This document shows positions 48,376 to 56,900 of a stretch of 64,000 nucleotides of DNA, piece by piece. Within the stretch, counting starts at the first letter, position 1; each line of letters begins with the position of its first letter. The notes below the pieces were generated by a model. The model was not told the DNA's origin, did no database searches, and saw only the letters and a list, made by a program, of their open reading frames with translations. Source of the stretch: an uncultured archaeon (GTDB lineage Archaea; Thermoplasmatota; Penumbrarchaeia; JASLWR01). The stretch is from NCBI GenBank assembly GCA_964342815.1, contig CAYFHS010000002.1, forward strand, positions 152,790-216,789. Direction: 5' to 3'. The position numbers and the translations under genes are program-made.

Positions 48376-50934
48376 TCACTCCAGCAATCCCTTTTTCCTT
48401 TCGACATAATTATATATTTTCAACCAGGCCACCATTGCATGCTGGTTATAGTCTATTCTGATTTCGTGGTCCGCAACGCCACCGGGCACGCCTCCGAAAC
48501 ATCTTCTTGGTGACGGAAGAAATTGAGAATCCGATTCGTTGAGCGCGAGCATCACCAGGAAGTCCGATGCCAGTATAATCCTTGTCTTGTAGAACTCCTT
48601 ATCACCGGACAGATTATACCTCTCCATCATCCAGTAAAAGTCCATTGGTCCCTCTATCTTCGACGCCGTGTTCGCCCTGGGATAGTAGTCAGGTTCGCCG
48701 TCAGGGTCATTTTGATATCTGAGGTAGCGATCGTAATAGAAACCTCCCACATATTCCGGTATCTCGAAACCCTCAGGATACTGGTCCTGACCGTAGAGAA
48801 CGCTTTCCGCCATTGAGCGGGACATGTTCACATATCTAACGTCCGGTTCGAACTCATACATGATGAGCGCCGCGCCGGTGGCCCATGGACTGAACGGCGA
48901 GTAGTATGAGTTATCCCTCCCGTAATAATCATAATAATAGTCGAAGGCCAGCTTCCAGCAGTCCATGTATTTTTCCTCGCGTGTATGCTGGTAGAGGAAC
49001 GCCAGCGCCAGGAAAGCCTCTCCAGGATAGTAATCCGTGTGTTTCCAGTAGTATTTGTCCCCTTCCTCCGGTATACTGCCGTCCACCTGATAGTAGTTGT
49101 TGAATTCCCCGGTGCCGTTGTCCTGTGAGAATATAAAAAAGTTCCCTAGAGCGTCCAGTGTGTCACCGTAGCGGTCATCGAGCACCTTCTCAAAGGTCAC
49201 GTAGCAGAGCACTGCCAGTGCCGCCCCTCCCAATTTCGAATCACCCTCGTCAACGATGTGGGCCGTATTCTGGTCAATGTACTCGACGTGTTTTCCCACG
49301 TATTCCATGGCAAGTTCCCCGGCGTCGAGAAATATCTTCTCGGGGTAGTTGCGGTAAAGAAGAAGGACCGAGTAGGTGGTTCCCATCTGGCGGAGCATGT
49401 TATCGCTTGACGAATAGGAAAGCTGCCTTGGATCGTACTGGTAATTAAAACTTCCGTCGGGCCGCTGGCCGTTCACCAGATAAAGTCCTGCCGCCACCGA
49501 AGCCTCGAGATAGGGTGAGTCCCGGGGTTCTTTCATATCCTCCATTGCGAACCATTTCCTGCCGTGCACGCGCTCTTCACCCTTTATCTCAGTAAGCAGA
49601 TCTTCTTTTAGTACGACATAGTCGTGCATCTTTATCCAGGCTACAATGGCATGCTGATTGTAATCGATTCTCACGTCACTGTCGCTCACACCGCCCGGGA
49701 CGCCTCCATAAGCTTTTTTTGGGTCCGAAAGCGATGCAGCATCCGACGCGTTATACTGTAGAGTCGCAAGGAATTCAGACGCCAGCACCATTCTTTCACG
49801 GTAGAATTTTTTATTACCCGACAGATCATACCTCTCCATCATCCAGTAAAAATCCATGGGCCCCTCTATCTTCGACGCCGTGTTCGCCCTGGGATAGTAG
49901 TCAGCTTCGCCGTCGGGGTCATTTTGATATCTAATGTAGCGATCGTAATAGAAACCTCTCACGTATTCCGGTATCTCGAAATCCTCCGGATACTGGTCCT
50001 GCCCGTACAGCACCCGATCCGCCATTGAGCGGGACATTTCGACGTATCTCTCATCCTGCTGAAACTCATACATTATCAGTGCAGCGCCGGTGGCCCAGGG
50101 GCTGAATGGAGAATAATACGAGTTCTTCCCACCGTAGTAGTCGTAATAATATTCGAATGCCAGGTCCCAGCAGTCCTTGTATTTTTCCTCCCGTGTGTGC
50201 TGATACAGGAACGCCAGGGCCAGGAAAGCCTCTCCGGGGTAGTAATCCGTATGTTTCCAGTAGTATTTTTCCCCCTCTGCCGGTATCTTCCCGTCCACTT
50301 GATAGTAGTTATTGAACTCCCCGGTGGCATTGTTCTGAGAGAATATTATGAAATTTCCCAGGGCGTCCAAGGTATCTCTATAACGCGTACCGGCAACCTT
50401 TTCGAAGGTCACGTAGCAGAGCACTGCCAGTGCCGCCCCTCCCAGTTTCGAGGTACCGCCGCTGACGATATGGGCCGTTTCCGGGTCGATATACTCCACG
50501 TACCGCTCAACGTATTCCATGGCAAGCTGGCCTGTCTCAAGAAAGATTGGCTCCGGATAGTGTTTGTAGATCAAAAGAACGGAATAGGTTGTGCCCAGCT
50601 GCCGAAGCATGTTGTCGTCTGTGGAATAACTGTCACCTTTGGGATCGTAATTGTAGTTGAAGCTTCCGTCCGAGCGCTGGCAGTTCACAAGGTACAGCCC
50701 GCCCATCACTGCGGATTCGAGGTAGGATGATTCGATTTCCAAATTCATGTCGTCCAGTGTGAACCAGTCCCTTCCCGGCACACGATCCAGTGCTTCTTCG
50801 TAAAAGTAAAGATAGACTGCGAGACCCGATAACACAAGAAGAGCCGTCACGCAGAATGCAAGTATGATCTTGTGGACGCGGAGGCTCTCGTTCAAGGCTG
50901 TCACATCCTGTGTTATTGATTCATTTAATCCCAC
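48376..50934 (-). CDS. membrane-anchored protein with tandemly duplicated ~400-aa helical (alpha/alpha toroid-like) domain
   Basis: N-terminal TM; two near-identical units (QR.DGSFNY.YDP, NMLRQ.GTTYSVLL, KLGGAALA, YYPGEAFLALA, RIDYNQHA) about 1212 nt apart. Confidence 0.75.
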   Translation of the reverse strand: MGLNESITQDVTALNESLRVHKIILAFCVTALLVLSGLAVYLYFYEEALDRVPGRDWFTLDDMNLEIESSYLESAVMGGLYLVNCQRSDGSFNYNYDPKGDSYSTDDNMLRQLGTTYSVLLIYKHYPEPIFLETGQLAMEYVERYVEYIDPETAHIVSGGTSKLGGAALAVLCYVTFEKVAGTRYRDTLDALGNFIIFSQNNATGEFNNYYQVDGKIPAEGEKYYWKHTDYYPGEAFLALAFLYQHTREEKYKDCWDLAFEYYYDYYGGKNSYYSPFSPWATGAALIMYEFQQDERYVEMSRSMADRVLYGQDQYPEDFEIPEYVRGFYYDRYIRYQNDPDGEADYYPRANTASKIEGPMDFYWMMERYDLSGNKKFYRERMVLASEFLATLQYNASDAASLSDPKKAYGGVPGGVSDSDVRIDYNQHAIVAWIKMHDYVVLKEDLLTEIKGEERVHGRKWFAMEDMKEPRDSPYLEASVAAGLYLVNGQRPDGSFNYQYDPRQLSYSSSDNMLRQMGTTYSVLLLYRNYPEKIFLDAGELAMEYVGKHVEYIDQNTAHIVDEGDSKLGGAALAVLCYVTFEKVLDDRYGDTLDALGNFFIFSQDNGTGEFNNYYQVDGSIPEEGDKYYWKHTDYYPGEAFLALAFLYQHTREEKYMDCWKLAFDYYYDYYGRDNSYYSPFSPWATGAALIMYEFEPDVRYVNMSRSMAESVLYGQDQYPEGFEIPEYVGGFYYDRYLRYQNDPDGEPDYYPRANTASKIEGPMDFYWMMERYNLSGDKEFYKTRIILASDFLVMLALNESDSQFLPSPRRCFGGVPGGVADHEIRIDYNQHAMVAWLKIYNYVERKKGLLE

Positions 50935-53900
50935 GATTCTAAATAGTCGCTCCAGCTTTCGCCCGAAGCCTCATCGTCCTCGTCCTCCTCTTCCCAGCTG
51001 TCACCCGGAGCCAGATTTTCATTGTCCTCGTCCTCCTCTTCCCAGCTGTCACCCGGAGCCAGATTTTCATCGTCCTCGTCCTCCTCTTCCCAGCTGTCAC
51101 CCGGAGCCAGATTTTCATTGTCCTCGTCCTCCTCTTCCCAGCTGTCACCCGGAGCCAGATTTTCATCGTCCTCGTCCTCCTCCTCCCAGCTGTCGCCCGG
51201 AGCCAGATTTTCATCGTCCTCCTCGTCAAAAACGGTTCCGCACTCCTGGCAATCCGTGTCCAACTCGTTTATTGCGCTCCCGCATTCGGGACATTCGTAC
51301 AACACGTCATCGACATCGAATTCCATGTAACTGGTATCGATGATGAAATCCACCATTTCCTCGCCATCGTATCTTCCCCCTTCCGGCTCGGGAGGCTCGT
51401 ATCCTTCTTCGGGCCAATAGGAAGCCTCATCCACTTCATCCTCTTCCCCCTCGAACTCCGCACCGCAAGAAGGACATACGCTGTCTTCCTCTTTTAGTGA
51501 TGAACCGCAGTCCGGGCATTCGTATTCGTCCTCTTCCCCCTCCACTTCTTCCTCATCACCATACTGCCCGGGCTCTTCATCCCAGCTGGCACCGGCGAAC
51601 TCCGCTTCCCCTTGACCTTCCAACAAATCTCCCTCTTCCTCTCCGAAGCGGCTTATCTTGAATGCCCATTCATCTTCATCCCACATTTCTCCACTCTTCA
51701 CCAAATCGGGCTTTATTTTCTCCTTCTTTTCCTCTGAGCTCTCTTTTTGGTATGCAGCAAGTCTGCCCTTCTTTCTTTTACCGGTGCGTTTTCCCCGCTT
51801 TTTTCTTCCTTTTTTACCTCGTTCACGCTTTTTACGAGCCTCAGCAGATAGTTTTTCCTTTTTTACCGCCGTCTCTTTTTTCCGCCTCCTGCCTCTGCCG
51901 GCTATCGCACCTTTTCTCTTTCGAGCTTCCGACGACCTACCCACTGCTTTTCCTTTTCTTTTTGAATCCCTCTCTCCGTAAATAAGCGGGCCGCTTCTTA
52001 TCCGGGGAGCCTTCACAGGCTCTTCTTTAACTTTTCGGGGCGTCTCCTTTTCGGTTTTCTTTTTTCTCCTTCCGAAAAGGAAGAAAAGAACCAGAACTAC
52101 CAAAATTATTAGAACCACCAACATTATCCAGAATCCCGGACCCTCCATCCATTTTCCCGACCCCGTCTCACCGCGTTTGTCTGCAGGAGCGGTGACGTTG
52201 ACATATTTACCTGTTTCGTGGAGGTTCCCCTCGGTATCGGTAACTTTCAGCACGACGTAGTAGTCCCCGGGAAGCTCGAATGAAAACGTGGGGGCTTCCC
52301 CGTAGAGTGTTACCGTTTCACCCTGGTAAACAAACGTCCACGTGTAGTTCTCGATCTCTGAATTATCCCACGAACCAGCACCATCCAAGGTTATCTCCCC
52401 CGGTTCCGTCAGGACGACGTCTTCACCGGGATCGGCTTTTGGCGGTTCACCATCTGCAACTGTGATAGTGAGATTTTTGCTTCCCGAGTTCCCTTCGCTA
52501 TCCACAACTGTCAGAGTGATGGTATATTTTCCGATCTCTTCGAATTTGTATTCCATTGAGATCCCGGCGCTGTTCTCGAAGACGCCGTTATGAAGTATGC
52601 TCCACAGGTAATTAGCGATTTCGACGTTGTCGCTGGAAAGGTTTCCGCTGAAGACGGCCAGGTCGCCCAATCCCGCCTCAAAGGGTCCGGATATTATCAC
52701 AATTGGGGCTGTTGTATCACTGATAGTAACTTCCAGGGTATCGCTCCCCAGGTTACCCATTGCGTCAAGAACGTTCAACGTGACTGTATATTTGCCAACG
52801 ATATCGAATTTGAACGATACATTTTTACCCTTGATGACCAAGACATTTCCATTGTAGACGAAGGTCCAGTTATAGTCAACGATCCCCACGTTATCCGTGC
52901 TTCCACTGGCATCGAAAGTAACCTTGTCGCTGTCCCCTGACAATATGTCCTCTCCCGCATCGGCTATGGGATTCGTGATATCCATCACCGTGACCTTGAA
53001 ATTCACAGATTCATTGTTACCCCGAACATCGCTGACCGTAAGGGTCACATCATAGACTCCTGCTCGATGGAACACGAAGCTGCTTATCTCACCGTTCAGA
53101 ATGATCTCACTCCCTTCATAGCTGAAGGTCCAAGTGTAGTTGGTTATACCGACATTGTCGCTGCTCGCATTACCGTTGAAGCTCACACGCTCGTGTTGGT
53201 CCACCGTAATATCGGATCCCGCCGTAGCCACCGGTTTGGAGATATCCGTCACCGTCATCACAAGTATGTCGTGGGCCTTGTTTCCACGGGAGTCCGTGGT
53301 GGTAAGGTTCACGGTGAATATGCCTGCAGAATGGAACTGGTAGCTTACCAGAGCTCCGTTGAGCACCATCCTGGTCTCGGCGGGATCGATGGACCAGGTG
53401 TAATTCACGATTCCGACGTTATCCATAGAACCTCTGCCGTCGAAGGTAACGTACTCGTGCTGATTAATGCTAATATTGGGTCCCGCCATGGCAATGGGCG
53501 GTGTTGTGTCATTCACCGTAACGAAGAGATTGTCGCCCAGGATGTTACCGGTTGCATCTCTCGCCATAAGAGTGATATTGAAGGTTCCCGCGTTGTGGAA
53601 AACGTAGCTCACCACGGCCCCGTAAAGGGTTTGCAGGGTCCCGTTATCCACAAAGCTCCACGTGTAGTTGTCGATACCCATGTTGTCGGTTGAATTGCTG
53701 CCGTTGAAAATTGCTAGTTCATGTTGGTTCACTGAAATATCGAAACCCGCGTCGGTGACGGGCAAGGTAATATCGTTTACATTTACGGTCATGTTATCCC
53801 GGGCTTGGTTCCCGGCGAGGTCGAGGATGATCAGCTCTACGGAATAATTCCCTGCAAAATTGAAAGTGAAGGAGGGATAGGCCCCGTACAACTGCACGCA

Positions 53901-56900
53901 AATACCCCCGCATGTGAAATTCCACGTGTAATTACTGATCCCAACGTTATCTCCGGAGCCAGTGGAATCGAAATACAGTTTCTCGAACTGGTCAATGGTG
54001 CGGTCGGCTCCCGCCTCTACCGTTGGAGGTGTAATGTCCAGCACCGTCACCTGGGTAGTATTAGTGTCCCAGTGACCGGCGGCGTCACTGACATTGAGGG
54101 TAATGGTATACTTCCCCACGGTGTGGAATGTAAATGTCGGGGAACTGCCGTAAAGAATATATCCCTGTCCATCGTAGGTGAAGTTCCAAGTGTAGTTGTC
54201 GATATCCACATTATCCGTGCTGTTGCTTCCGTTGAAGATCACGGGTACATGCTGGTCCGTGGTTATATTTATCCCGGGATCCGACACCGGTCCGTCGTTA
54301 TCCGTGACGGCGGAAACGGTTTTATTGGTAGTTTCCCGGTTTCCCGAAGCATCCTGCGACCAGAAACTGTATTCGACTGAAGTGGCATATCCCGGGATCC
54401 TTATGTAGATGTACCACGAATCCCCCGTAACATTCGTTACGGACCAGTTGTAATTCGCCCCGCCGTTTATGGTGAAATCGAATCTCACGGTCCCAATGAC
54501 CAGATTATCGGTGACATTCACCGAGAAGTATGCCATTTCACCGGTGCTGAGAGAACTTTCCCAATGAATCCCGTAGACAGGTCTGTCGTTATCGCTTACC
54601 GAGGGAGTTGCATTCGTGCTTCCCTGCCAGTTGGCGGAACTGTCCCGAGCCCTGAACGCGTATTCCAGGGAGACGGTGTCTGCCGGTAGAGTTATTGTTA
54701 TGTCCCATGAGGTCCCGGTGTTGTTGACCACCGACCAATTATGATGTTCCGCGCCGTTTATTGTGAAATCCAGTTTTACAGAATCGATAGCAATATTATC
54801 CGTTATATTGGCCGATAGATAGGCGCTGTCCCCGGTTGTGAGTGGACTTACCCAAATTATCCCGAAGATAGGCCGATCATTGTCAGCCACACCCGGCGAT
54901 TGGGTGGCGGATCGCCTTTCGTTCCCCGTGGAGTCATTTGCCCAGAAAAAGTACTCGAAACTCACACAGTTAACAGGTATCTCTATCGTAGCCGTCCAGT
55001 TATCCCCGGTCTGGTTTGACACAGTGACATTCTCTATAATTATCCCGTTCACCGTGTAAGCAAGCTTCACCAAGCTCACGCCTATATTGTCGGTGATATT
55101 TGCTGAGAACAGAGCGGGCTCGCCAGTGGTAAGGACCGCGTTCCAAATGGAGCCAATTGCTGGCCTATCATTGTCTGCCACTGCAGGTGTTTGAACAGCG
55201 GATCGTCTTTCATTCCCGGCCCCGTCGTTTGCCCAGAAGAAAAATTCAAAGTTCACGCAGTATGAAGGAATCCTTATTGTAACTGTCCAGTCGTTTCCGG
55301 ATTGGTTCGACACAGTGACATTCTCGTTGATATTTCCGTTCACCGTGTATACAAATTTTACCAAGCTCACACCTACATTGTCGGTTATATTTGCTGAGAA
55401 CAGCGATTGCTCGCCAGTTGTCATACCGCCGTTCCATATTACGCCTATAACCGGTTTGTCATTGTCAGCCACTCCCGGCGTTTGGGTGGCGGATCGCCTT
55501 TCGTTCCCTGCAGCATCGTCGCTCCAGAAGAAGTATTGGAAACTCACACAATCCGTTGGAATTCTTATGGTTATTGTCCAGTCATCTCCGGATTGGTTTG
55601 ACACCGTTACGTTCTCATTAATGATCCCGTTCACCGTGTACGCGAACCTGACCGAGTTCAAGCCTATGTTGTCAGTAATATTTGCCGAAAACAGTGTGTT
55701 ATCGCCAGTTGTTACCCCACCGTTCCAGATCACACCTATCACCGGCCTGTTGTTATCGGTCACCCCCGGAGATGTTTTCCCGGTCCTCTTTTCGTTACCA
55801 GCCGCATCGTCTGCCCAGAAAAAGTACTCGAAACTTGCGCAGTCAACAGGTACCAGTATCGATATTGTCCAGTTATCTCCAGTCTGGTTTGCCACCGTAA
55901 CGTTCTCATTGATATTCCCGTTCACCGTGTAGCTAAACTTAACCGTATTTACCGCTATATTGTCCGTGATGTTCGCCGAGAACAGCGCCAGCTCATCCGT
56001 ATATAGACCGCTGGACCAGATATTGCCGAACACCGGCTTGTCGTTATCTCCCACCAGCACGGAGGCATTCGTGTCGTTCGCTCCGTTACCGGCACCGTCC
56101 TCGGCCCAGAAATGATACTCTATTGATGCGGCGTCCAAGGGCAGGGGGATGCTTATGGACCAGGAATCACCGGTGTTGTTGGTAACCGACCAGTTGTAGT
56201 GTGAGATGCCGTTCAAAGTGAAGTCGAACATCACTGTGTTCACACCTACGTTATCCGTGATATTGCCGGAGAAGAATACAATCTCCCCTGTGGTGGGAGT
56301 ATTTTTCCATACCGTGCCGAATGCCGGAGCTTCGCTGTCGTTCACACCAAAGGACTCGTTGTTGCTCACTGCCCAGTTGCTCGCGGCATCTTCCGCCCAG
56401 AAAAAGTACTCTATGGACGTAGTATCTACCGGCATGGTGAAATTTATCTCCCATGAATCACCCGTTTTGTTCGTTACCGACCAGTTGTGGTGAACGGTTC
56501 CGTTGAGGGTAAAATCGAACATCACGGTGTTAACTGCCACATTGTCGGTTATATTGGCGGAGAAGAATGCCGGATCGTCCGGTCCGAGAGTATTGTGCCA
56601 CGTTGTCCCGAACTGGGGTTTGGTGGTGTCGTTCACCGTAACATTCATGGTATCGATGGCGAAATTCCCCTCTGCATCGGTAACATTCAGCGTAACGACG
56701 TAAGAGCCCACTATTGCGAAGGTGAAGTTGGACGAGCTGTTGTACAGGGTACGAGCCTGTCCGTCATAGCTGAAGTTCCACGTGTAGTTGACCACTCCCA
56801 CGTCGTCCGAGCTTCCGCTGCCGTCGAAAGTGACCGTTACTCCCTGGTCCACCGTTTGGTCAGGTCCGGCATCAGCCCCAGGAGCAACCATGTCCTTGAT

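Noticed and set aside
50971-51210. Possible CRISPR array
   Set aside because: Units are contiguous with no unique spacers, in frame within a CDS, and there are no cas genes.
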